Assembly (NCBI GenBank): GCA_035489505.1
Contig: DATHKF010000684.1
Span: 1-32,281, forward strand
From: Bacteroidia bacterium
Lineage (GTDB): Bacteria > Bacteroidota > Bacteroidia > Palsa-965
Length of the DNA stretch: 32,281 nt
Direction: 5' to 3'
In this document: positions 23,193-30,680 of the stretch, in pieces
Position numbering within the stretch: position 1 is the stretch's first letter
Layout: each line of letters begins with the position of its first letter
Notes under the pieces: model-generated
Told to the model about the DNA's origin: nothing
Databases searched by the model: none
What the model saw: only the letters and a program-made list of their open reading frames with translations
Program-made: the position numbers and the translations under genes

Positions 23193-23882
23193 GTGGCCAC
23201 GCTACTCACATGTAACGCAGTTTTCCTTCATGTTCCCAAAACAGGTGGAATGTACGTGCGCACGATTTTTACCAAACTCAATCTCATCCGTTTCGATTTC
23301 AGCCGCGATCATTCCGATATGCAACGCACGCTGAATACGTCGCAGTACTATCCCGGAAATTTTTACAAGCGTTCATTGCAGCTGGGAAAAAATCTGGACC
23401 GGCATGTGAAACCGCTTTATAAGTTCTGTGTCGTGCGTAATCCGTTCAGCTGGTACGAATCGTACTGGAGATTTATGCAGGACCGCAACTGGAGTTCGCT
23501 TCTTCCAACGCAAACGAGAACGCGTTTCGGTTTCCGGTACGATCAGTGGCATCCGTTTGCGCCGCTGGAACTATGCGCCGATCCTGATTTCAATCACTTC
23601 ATGGAAAAAGTGATTGAAAAACAGCCGGGCTATCTCACCCGATTATTTGAGTCGTATGCCGATCCGCAGCACATCAGTTATGTGGCGAAACAGGAAACGC
23701 TTGAAGACGATCTCCGAAAAATTTTCGATCAGCTGAATGTGAAATACGACAATAGCGTGTTTGCTTCAACGGAGAAAGTGAATGCGAGTAAAACGTCAAA
23801 GCCCACCTGGGATGAGGGGCTGCGCAAGTCTATTTGTTCCGCGGAAGCCGGAGTTTTTGAAAAGTACAGTTACGATATCTGA
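23193..23882 (+). CDS. Sulfotransferase-family protein
   Basis: FLHVPKTGG (5'-PSB loop) and VVRNPFSWYES (3'-PB region). GTG start, which is uncertain. Confidence 0.75.
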   Translation: MATLLTCNAVFLHVPKTGGMYVRTIFTKLNLIRFDFSRDHSDMQRTLNTSQYYPGNFYKRSLQLGKNLDRHVKPLYKFCVVRNPFSWYESYWRFMQDRNWSSLLPTQTRTRFGFRYDQWHPFAPLELCADPDFNHFMEKVIEKQPGYLTRLFESYADPQHISYVAKQETLEDDLRKIFDQLNVKYDNSVFASTEKVNASKTSKPTWDEGLRKSICSAEAGVFEKYSYDI

Positions 23883-23886
23883 ATTT

Positions 23887-23996
23887 TGCCACTAAGGCGC
23901 TAAGTCTCCAAGTCGCACTAAGAAATTTCTTAAGAAATAAGTGAGAAAGTCATATTCTCCTTTGTGTTTCTTAGTGGCTTTGTGTCTTCGTGGCCA
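23887..23996. repeat. Imperfect palindromic element built from xxCTAAG / CGAAG sub-repeats (family H)
   Basis: GCCACTAAG (23888-23896) pairs with CTTAGTGGC (23970-23978). The left arm is GCCACTAAG-GCGCTAAG-TCTCCAAG-TCGCACTAAG and the right arm is CTTAGTGGC-TTTGTGTCTTCGTGGCC. The centre has two palindromes, AGAAATTTCT and TTCTTAAGAA. Confidence 0.6.
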
Positions 23997-24072
23997 TTTT
24001 CCCTCTGTCTTCTTAACAAATAGCTGTTCATAGATCGAAGTCCTTCACTTCTGGCTCATGGTGCATTGCGGC

Positions 24073-24080
24073 TAGTTTTG
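24073..24080 (+). promoter_or_regulatory. Bacteroidota -7 promoter box TAGTTTTG
   Basis: Exact TAnnTTTG, 23 nt upstream of the ATG at 24104. Confidence 0.4.
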
Positions 24081-24103
24081 TTTCGTCCCGTATACTACCG
24101 GCT

Positions 24104-25045
24104 ATGAAACGACAAATCGTTTTGGTCTTCGTATTGCTGTTTTCTTCGGTACTGGCTTTTGCACAGCCGGCGGAAAAGAAAAACACACCCCAGGATTACA
24201 TTGATCTGTATAAGGACGATGCGATCCGCGAGATGCAGTTGTTCAAAGTTCCGGCGAGCATTACGCTTGCGCAGGGAATGCTTGAATCCGACAATGGGAA
24301 TAGCGCACTTGCTGTGTACGCCAATAATCATTTTGGAATCAAGTGTCACAAAGAGTGGACGGGCGAAACATATACACAGGACGATGACACGAAAGATGAA
24401 TGCTTCCGCAAATACGGAACGGTGTATGATTCGTACGTCGATCATTCCGAATTTCTGAAATCGCGTCCACGGTATGCGTCATTGTTTGAGTTGAAGCTCA
24501 CCGACTACAAAGGCTGGGCGAAAGGGCTGAAGTCGGCCGGTTACGCAACAGATCCGAAATACGCAGATCGCCTGATCGATATTATCGAACGGTATAAACT
24601 CCACGAGTTTGATAAACTGGAAGGACTTCCACCGGTAGCTGCAGAACCGAGGAAGACAGAAGGAAACAAAACAGTTTCAACGAATGTTTCCCGCCGCGAA
24701 ATTTACTTCAACAACAACATCAAGTATGTGATTGTAAAGCCCGGCGATACGTTCATGAAAATTGCGCAGGAGCTGGACATGGGTGTGTGGCAGTTGTACA
24801 AGTACAACGACATGAATAAAAACACCGTGCTCAAGCCGGGACAGATTCTTTACATACAACCGAAACGTCGCAAAGCAGAACCGGATAAACACCAGATGAA
24901 ACCGGGGGAGACTATGCACGATGTTTCTCAGAAGTACGGCATCAAGCTGAAGAAGCTTTATAAGTACAACGAGATGGAGCAGGGGACGGAGCCGAAGGCG
25001 GGGCAGGTGATCTATCTTCGAAAGCGGAAGCCAGTCAGGAAATAG
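24104..25045 (+). CDS. Secreted N-acetylglucosaminidase (FlgJ/mannosyl-glycoprotein endo-beta-GlcNAcase domain) with two LysM domains
   Basis: ASITLAQGMLESDNGNSALAVYANNHFGIKC...YDSYVDHSEFL is the glucosaminidase domain. The two LysM repeats are YVIVKPGDTFMKIAQEL...LKPGQILYI and HQMKPGETMHDVSQKYG...PKAGQVIYL. Confidence 0.9.
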   Translation: MKRQIVLVFVLLFSSVLAFAQPAEKKNTPQDYIDLYKDDAIREMQLFKVPASITLAQGMLESDNGNSALAVYANNHFGIKCHKEWTGETYTQDDDTKDECFRKYGTVYDSYVDHSEFLKSRPRYASLFELKLTDYKGWAKGLKSAGYATDPKYADRLIDIIERYKLHEFDKLEGLPPVAAEPRKTEGNKTVSTNVSRREIYFNNNIKYVIVKPGDTFMKIAQELDMGVWQLYKYNDMNKNTVLKPGQILYIQPKRRKAEPDKHQMKPGETMHDVSQKYGIKLKKLYKYNEMEQGTEPKAGQVIYLRKRKPVRK

Positions 25046-25216
25046 TGTCGGTATCAGTGTCAGTCAGGGCGTGCACGGATACTGTGCTTTCGTTTAACAA
25101 TTGCCTTCAAAAATTAACCACTCTCCTGTCTCTGTGATTAAATGGTGATGACCGTAAATAATGTCAGAGCCGCAGTCGTTGTTGATACGCCATGACACTG
25201 ACGCTGATACCGACAC
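25046..25216. repeat. Palindromic element filling a convergent gap (family F)
   Basis: GTGTCGGTATCAGTGTCAGTCAG (25046-25068) pairs with CATGACACTGACGCTGATACCGACAC (25191-25216); the outer 13 bp are perfect. It starts 1 nt after the TAG at 25043-25045 and ends 7 nt before the GATase stop. Confidence 0.75.
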
Positions 25217-25223
25217 TTTTTCA

Positions 25224-25781
25224 TCAAGCTTTCATTTCCAAAAAATTTCCCAGAAGCCGCTTTCCGCTTTCACCTGAAACTTCCGGATGAAACTGAATTC
25301 CCCACAACGGTAAATACGGATGCCGCATCGCTTCAATGGCGTAGTCATCGGAAAATGCAAGATGCACGAATTGCGCTGGCAGAGAAATTCCTTCGGTGTG
25401 ATCTTCTGCCATCGTGGTTGTTGACGTCAATCCTTTGAAGAGTCCGTCATCTTTCACGATGTGAATGGGAATGGCGGTGCGTACTTCTTTTCCGCGGAAT
25501 ATCTGGGCGCCGTGTAAAATACCCATGACCTGGTGACCGAAGCAAATGCCGAGCACCGGAACTTTTCCTTCTTTGATGCAGGAAAACCGTTCGTGGTAAG
25601 GCGCATGATCAACTTCCGTGAGAAAAGTGGGCGAGCCGCTGAAAATGATTTTGTTCTGCTTGCCGTAGTATGCAGCGGAAAACTCATTCCACTTTTTTTC
25701 TTCGCAGTCGTAGCCGAGTTCTTTCACCACGGAAAGAATTTTTGGTGTTTTGGTGGAGCCGAAGTTGATAACGGTGATCAT
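25224..25781 (-). CDS. Stand-alone class I glutamine amidotransferase
   Basis: VLGICFGHQVM (nucleophile Cys elbow) and IQFHPE (catalytic His/Glu). Confidence 0.85.
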   Translation of the reverse strand: MITVINFGSTKTPKILSVVKELGYDCEEKKWNEFSAAYYGKQNKIIFSGSPTFLTEVDHAPYHERFSCIKEGKVPVLGICFGHQVMGILHGAQIFRGKEVRTAIPIHIVKDDGLFKGLTSTTTMAEDHTEGISLPAQFVHLAFSDDYAIEAMRHPYLPLWGIQFHPEVSGESGKRLLGNFLEMKA

Positions 25782-25829
25782 CGCGTTGGTATGGCTACGT
25801 AAATATAGCGCGATCTCCCGCCAGAACCG

Positions 25830-25911
25830 GGTAATGTCTCAGTTTTATTCAGGCCGCGAATTACACGAATTACGCTAATCACTCCTTAGCGTAATTCGTG
25901 TAATTCGCGGC
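25830..25911. repeat. Solo family-A end followed by a perfect 26-bp-stem hairpin
   Basis: GGTAATGTCTCAGTTT (25830-25845) matches the A TIR at 15 of 16 positions. GCCGCGAATTACACGAATTACGCTAA (25853-25878) and TTAGCGTAATTCGTGTAATTCGCGGC (25886-25911) are perfectly complementary, with the loop TCACTCC. Confidence 0.8.
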
Positions 25912-25943
25912 TAACTTTATATCGCTCGCCAGACCTATGACTT

Positions 25944-26651
25944 TTATTCCGCATCCTTCTTCCTTCCAAACAAAAACCGCATTCCGAAACTGAGATTGGC
26001 CGGCACGGTGCGTGCGTTAAAGCCTCTGTTCAATCCCTGGAACGTGAGGTGTAACGGAAATCCTGCGATAATGTCGAAGTGAAACACGCGACCTCCGATG
26101 CCCCACATGAAGAAAGGTTCGGTGAGCATGTAACTCGAACCGAGCCGATCGCCGGTATTGAGATACTGACCGGTGTACATGAAATAACTGGCTTTGAGTC
26201 CGAGCATCGCATCGCCTTTTACTTTCCAGAAGAGTTTGGCGCCGGTTTTTCCGGAATTGATCTGGATGAATGGACGAATAAAATGTCCCTGGTAATCGAT
26301 GTTCGAATATGTCGTGTCGTGATAACCCCAGTTGTTTCCCCAGCCAACTCCGGCCGCAAGAAAATCGCAGTGACTTTCTTTACTCCGGTATAAACCTACT
26401 GCGAATTCGTAATCTCTCGAGCGGTACCTGCCAAGTCCATTGGCATATTGTCCCATCACGGCAATGTGATTGGTTATCGACACGGAACCTTTGGCAGATA
26501 CGCCGGAGGTGCCAATATCACCGGCAACATTCACTTCACCGGCTTCTTTGAACAAAGCGGGATTCGCTGTGGGCATGTAATACCGGTATGAACCGCAGGA
26601 GGCGAAGAAGAGACAAACAACGGAACACAAAATAACCAGGCCAGTTCTCAT
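25944..26651 (-). CDS. Lipoprotein / outer-membrane beta-barrel-like hypothetical protein
   Basis: The ATG at 26651 gives MRTGLVILCSVVCLFFASC. The sequence has alternating beta-strand patterns and a C-terminal ...FGMRFLF. Confidence 0.65.
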   Translation of the reverse strand: MRTGLVILCSVVCLFFASCGSYRYYMPTANPALFKEAGEVNVAGDIGTSGVSAKGSVSITNHIAVMGQYANGLGRYRSRDYEFAVGLYRSKESHCDFLAAGVGWGNNWGYHDTTYSNIDYQGHFIRPFIQINSGKTGAKLFWKVKGDAMLGLKASYFMYTGQYLNTGDRLGSSYMLTEPFFMWGIGGRVFHFDIIAGFPLHLTFQGLNRGFNARTVPANLSFGMRFLFGRKKDAE

Positions 26652-26795
26652 ATCATCGTTTTTTTGGTTTGGATAAATGTGCTGAAAAATATTCACTTAA
26701 ACATCCCCCATTTGGGGGAGGAGTGTGTGATCGGGTGTTATCTGGTGTTGCTTAATAGGAACGCGGACCGCTCGCTGCGCTTGCGGCGCGGATTG

Positions 26796-27013
26796 AAAAG
26801 GATTGACGCGGATGATCGCTACGCGATCGGGATTACTTGCGAAACTTAATGGTACGCGGATGTCACCTTCGGTGACGCATAGAAAAAACGGATTGGAGCG
26901 GATGATCGCTACGCGATCGATATGAATGGTACACGGAACACGCAGAACTTCACGGAAACCATAAAACAAAATTCCGTGTCAATCTGTGTATTCCGTGCAT
27001 TCTGTGTACCATT
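26796..27013. repeat. Composite repeat region (family G)
   Basis: Perfect 22-nt direct repeat GCGGATGATCGCTACGCGATCG at 26808-26829 and 26898-26919 (90-bp period), each followed by AATGGTAC(G/A)CGGA (26848, 26925). AATGGTACAC (26925-26934) pairs with GTGTACCATT (27004-27013). Mini-hairpin GTCACC-ttc-GGTGAC at 26861-26875. Confidence 0.7.
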
Positions 27014-27100
27014 TTTCATTTCATCCCGAAGCATCAGGAGCGCGCAGCGATTCAAATCTGTCACAATCTGCTTGATCCGTTAAATCCGCGTTCTATTTGA

Positions 27101-27135
27101 TAAAAAAATCCCCTCTCGTTTTCACAAGAGGGGAT
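27101..27135 (-). terminator. Intrinsic terminator of the TSP3-OmpA gene
   Basis: The minus strand reads ATCCCCTCT-tgtgaaaacg-AGAGGGGAT followed by TTTTTTT, 30 nt after the stop. Confidence 0.8.
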
Positions 27136-27164
27136 CGTTTCACAAGTTCGCGATGACGTTTTAA

Positions 27165-29735
27165 TTATTTCTGATCCTCGATGATCAGCATCTCCACACG
27201 CCTGTTTTTCTGTCTTCCTTCAGGTGTTGTGTTTGGCGCAATTGGCCGCGTCTGTCCAAACCATTCGGTAATGAGGCGCTTCTCGTCAATTCCTTTTTTC
27301 ACGAGGTATGCCTTCACCGCTTTCGCACGTTTTTCAGACAGCTTCATGTTTGCCGGTGCTTTACCTACGTTATCGGTGTGACCAGTGATACGAAGTTTCC
27401 ACTCCGGTTTCTTCTTCATGAGTTCTGCAAGTTCATCAAGCGATGCAAACGATTCCGGTTTGATGATGTCTTTTCCTGATTCGAATTCGAGGTTGTCGAA
27501 TGCTTTCTTCAGGATCTCCTGTTCTTCTTTCGTCAATACAGGAACAACATCTTTCACTTCTTCTTTCTTCAGACCGTTACCGAGTGGCTTCGGAATATCG
27601 AAACGGAAGAGACCATCAGACTGGCTGCGCAATGCACGTTTCGGCAATCCGTTCACGATCACTTTTACTTCGTTCACACCAATCGTTTTGTCAGGATCGC
27701 CATCTAAACGGAATACGCAAATGGAATCCGCAGGAAGTGACTCGTAAGTAAAGCTTCCGTCTTTTGCCTGCTTGGCCGACTTCAGACTCTGACCAGCAAG
27801 GTCAACAAGGTTCAGGATTACTTCAGGACAACCTTCGTTCTCCACAGGACCTGGTTTCTCCGGACAGATGTCAATCTTATCCATCACACCGTCGCCGTCT
27901 TTATCCGGGCAACCTTTGAATTCAGGAAGACCTTTTTCATCCGGACAGTCATCTTCTTTGTCAATGATCTTGTCGCCGTCTTTGTCAGGACATCCGTTGA
28001 ATTCCTGCAAGCCCGGATCGTCCGGACATGCATCCTGCTTGTCGATGATCTGGTCATTGTCGCGGTCAGGACAACCGTTGAATTGTTTGAGACCCGGCTC
28101 ATCCGGACAAACGTCTTCAGAATCCTGAACGTGGTCACCGTCTCTGTCAGGGCAACCCAGGAATTCCCAGATTCCAGGTGTGTCAACACACTTGTCTTTC
28201 TTGTCAGACACTTTGTCTTTGTCGCGATCCTTCGGCTCTTTAAAGTGAAGCGGAATGCGCGTTCCAAAGTAGATGTTGGTCCCGTAGATGGTTCCTTTTT
28301 TGCCAAACAGCGATCCTAAATCCGTACTTCCTACGAAGAGCGGACCGACGCGGAGACAAGCGCCAACATTGAAATCTTTGTATTGGTTGTACGACATCGG
28401 TACCATGATGCCTACCCATTTGTAATCCCAGCGCGGAGTAAGTGCAACGTATGACAGATCGTGAACTTTGTTCGCATTTCTTTTCCATTGAACCGCGTAA
28501 GCAAACTGGAAGTTCACGTAAAAATCTTTCCAGATCTGGTAATCAACATCGCCTCTGAACGCGGTCGGCAAATTCACCCGGTACGTTTTAGATGTTTCTT
28601 CGAATACAAAAAGGGAGCGCAATGTATCATCAAGTGCCTGGATTGGAAAATCGGTAGTCTCCGGCATTGTATCCTGCAATTCGATATCGCGGAAATACCA
28701 GTGATCAATTCCGCCACTGAAGTTTCCGCTTCCTTCCGCCCTGTTGAATTTGATCCACCCGATATCGGTGATTGAAAATCCAGCCTTGACTTTGTACTTG
28801 GTTTTTGAACGCATCCAGAGATTGGTTTCTCCGTCCATGTCGTATTTGTAGTCCTGGTAATCCGGGCGCCACTCGTATGTGAAACCAATATCGAGACCCA
28901 ATCCAGGGTGGGCAAAAGCTTCGGAGTAGTTGTATTTGGCTGCGCTGTTGTCGCCGGTTCCATTCGGGAAATCGAAGTTTTTACTGTGGCCGTATTGCAC
29001 TTCTGAACCGAGGATCGTTACCGTATCGTTGTTGTTTGGTTCGTACTGCAATTTGTCGGCGTAAAAATACATGGAGCCCAAACCAAGTTCAAGTTTCGGA
29101 CGAATACCGACTTTCCAGAAGTTTGCACCGTCGTCTTTGATCACGCGTGCAAAACCGAAACCGATTTCGTGCCAGGTCATCATCTGGATACTGGCGTTGT
29201 TGTTTGTGAACGATGAATTCCACAGTACCGAATCACTGAAGTCACTGTAAAGAATATCCGCAAGCTCTGTTCCGATCCCGTCGATGTTGGTGATCATACG
29301 AAACTCTCCGGTAATGGAAAACGAATTCTTTTCATCGTGCGACCACATGAACGACAATGGAAGCATAACGCGTGTGCCCAAATACACCGAACGTGTATCC
29401 ACTCCGTCTTTCTTATGCACGTACATGTCCTGGAATCCGTCGTCTTCGAAAAGAGAAAATGCAGTAGTATCATTCCGGTAGGAGAGTCCCGCACCGATAG
29501 CAGACTTTCCTTTGAAAGCCGACTGGTCCATACCCAGGTAATTGTTCGTAAACCCGAAATCGATGGCGATCAAATTAACGTCCATTTTCATCCTATTGTC
29601 GGCAATGGAAGAAGGGTTGAAATCGATGCCGTAAACACCTGCATAATTGGTGTTGGTCAGCCCCATAAAGTTCTGGGCGTTCAGCGACGATGCAATAGAA
29701 AAGAATACCGCGAGGAGTGTAAGGACTCGTTTCAT
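27165..29735 (-). CDS. OmpA-family outer-membrane protein with thrombospondin type-3 repeats
   Basis: Signal peptide MKRVLTLLAVFFSIASSLNAQ, then a large N-terminal beta-rich domain. Four GCPDxDxDxxxDxxDxCPDxxG Ca-binding repeats follow. The C-terminal OmpA-like domain has RITGHTDNVG, LSEKRAKAVKAYL and NRRVEMLI. Confidence 0.92.
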   Translation of the reverse strand: MKRVLTLLAVFFSIASSLNAQNFMGLTNTNYAGVYGIDFNPSSIADNRMKMDVNLIAIDFGFTNNYLGMDQSAFKGKSAIGAGLSYRNDTTAFSLFEDDGFQDMYVHKKDGVDTRSVYLGTRVMLPLSFMWSHDEKNSFSITGEFRMITNIDGIGTELADILYSDFSDSVLWNSSFTNNNASIQMMTWHEIGFGFARVIKDDGANFWKVGIRPKLELGLGSMYFYADKLQYEPNNNDTVTILGSEVQYGHSKNFDFPNGTGDNSAAKYNYSEAFAHPGLGLDIGFTYEWRPDYQDYKYDMDGETNLWMRSKTKYKVKAGFSITDIGWIKFNRAEGSGNFSGGIDHWYFRDIELQDTMPETTDFPIQALDDTLRSLFVFEETSKTYRVNLPTAFRGDVDYQIWKDFYVNFQFAYAVQWKRNANKVHDLSYVALTPRWDYKWVGIMVPMSYNQYKDFNVGACLRVGPLFVGSTDLGSLFGKKGTIYGTNIYFGTRIPLHFKEPKDRDKDKVSDKKDKCVDTPGIWEFLGCPDRDGDHVQDSEDVCPDEPGLKQFNGCPDRDNDQIIDKQDACPDDPGLQEFNGCPDKDGDKIIDKEDDCPDEKGLPEFKGCPDKDGDGVMDKIDICPEKPGPVENEGCPEVILNLVDLAGQSLKSAKQAKDGSFTYESLPADSICVFRLDGDPDKTIGVNEVKVIVNGLPKRALRSQSDGLFRFDIPKPLGNGLKKEEVKDVVPVLTKEEQEILKKAFDNLEFESGKDIIKPESFASLDELAELMKKKPEWKLRITGHTDNVGKAPANMKLSEKRAKAVKAYLVKKGIDEKRLITEWFGQTRPIAPNTTPEGRQKNRRVEMLIIEDQK

Positions 29736-29777
29736 AGGAGGTGTGGTTAAGAAGGCTAAAGATATAAAAAATCGTGT

Positions 29778-29970
29778 GCGGGAAGCAGGGAAGAGGGGAC
29801 AGGAAGGCGGGGGTCAGGAGGCAGGAAGACAGGGGTTCAGGAGGCAGGGAAACAGGGATTCAGGGGGGCAGGAAAACAGGGATTCAGGGGGCAGGAAGAC
29901 AGGGGTTCAGGAGGCAGGGAAACAGGGATTCAGGGGGCAGGGAAACAGGAGGTCAGGAGGCAGGAATAGA
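29778..29970 (+). repeat. Purine-rich degenerate tandem array (unit ~22-24 nt, GCAGGRAAACAGGGRTTCAGGRG), upstream flank of the four-helix cassette
   Basis: About 7 units. A 45-nt block is exactly duplicated (29821-29865 = 29891-29935). Contains the G4-type run GGGG-N11-GGG-N5-GGG-N5-GGGGGG at 29831-29867. Confidence 0.9.
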
Positions 29971-30115
29971 GTTCGTTGCGGGGAAGAAAGATGTGGCGGA
30001 TAAAGGCGCGTGGAAACGTTTACAAACGACTACAAACGTTTACATCCGACTACAAGTACTTAAATACCGACTAGTTCCAGGGAAGGCAATTACCATTGCA
30101 AAAAATCAAAAAGTT

Positions 30116-30511
30116 ATGACACAAAACAAAGGTTACCGTTCGTTGATTGCCTACCAGAAATCTTTTAATCTGGCAATGGCCATTTTTCGTTTAACTAAAA
30201 AATTTCCAGCAGAGGAGAGATATGAGTTAACCAGCCAGATCAGAAGATCATCGAGGTCGGTTTGTGCAAACCTGGTTGAGGGCTATCGTAAAAGCATGTA
30301 TCCTAAACTCTTCATGAACAAACTGGTTATTTCAGACGGTGAATGCTCGGAAACGTTGCTATGGCTGGAATTTGCTGTGGCATGTGAATACATTTCTACC
30401 GAGGAATTTACCAAGTACGAATTGCTTATCGAAGAGGTCGGCAAATTGTTGGGGGCGATGATTAAAACGCCGGAGAGATTTGGAGCGATGCGGGGACGGG
30501 TAGCTAAGTAG
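30116..30511 (+). CDS. Four-helix-bundle protein (23S rRNA intervening-sequence protein / Avd-like family)
   Basis: 131 aa. YRSLIAYQKSFNLAMAIFRLTKKFPAEERYELTSQIRRSSRSVCANLVEGY...ECSETLLWLEFA is the canonical TIGR02436/PF05635 pattern. The upstream part of ORF 29774-30511 is only a translated tandem repeat. Confidence 0.88.
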   Translation: MTQNKGYRSLIAYQKSFNLAMAIFRLTKKFPAEERYELTSQIRRSSRSVCANLVEGYRKSMYPKLFMNKLVISDGECSETLLWLEFAVACEYISTEEFTKYELLIEEVGKLLGAMIKTPERFGAMRGRVAK

Positions 30512-30680
30512 GGCGGGTGGCAGGAAAGCAGGGGTTCAGGAGGCAGGGAAATCAGGAGGCAGGAAAAGCAGGTATTCAGGTAGCAGGAAATCAGGTGGCA
30601 GGAAAGCAGGTATTCAGGTAGCAGGGAGATCAGGTGGCAGGAAAGCAGGAGGCAGGTATTCAGGAGTTCAGGATGCAGGA
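30512..30680 (+). repeat. Purine-rich degenerate tandem array, downstream flank of the four-helix cassette
   Basis: About 8 units of GCAGGAAAGCAGGTATTCAGGTA / GCAGGRARATCAGGTG type on the same strand as the upstream array. It shares GGGGTTCAGGAGGCAGGGAA with that array. Confidence 0.9.

Noticed and set aside
23101-23334. 77-aa ORF upstream of and overlapping the sulfotransferase start
   Set aside because: It begins inside the degenerate D2 repeat and overlaps the motif-bearing sulfotransferase frame (FLHVPKTGG).
26697-26969. 90-aa minus-strand ORF in the family-G region
   Set aside because: Its internal repetition (VAIIRxNPF twice) simply mirrors the 90-bp DNA direct repeat. It has no signal or family motif.
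29647-30115. RG-rich ORFs (29647-30003 and the N-terminal 114 aa of ORF 29774-30511)
   Set aside because: These are translations of the purine-rich tandem array (GRQGFRRQGNRDSGG...). The conserved four-helix-bundle family begins at the ATG at 30116.
29778-30680. Possible CRISPR array
   Set aside because: The repeats are contiguous, degenerate 15-24-nt units with no unique spacers of constant length. There are no cas genes in the window, and a protein-coding gene sits between the two arrays.
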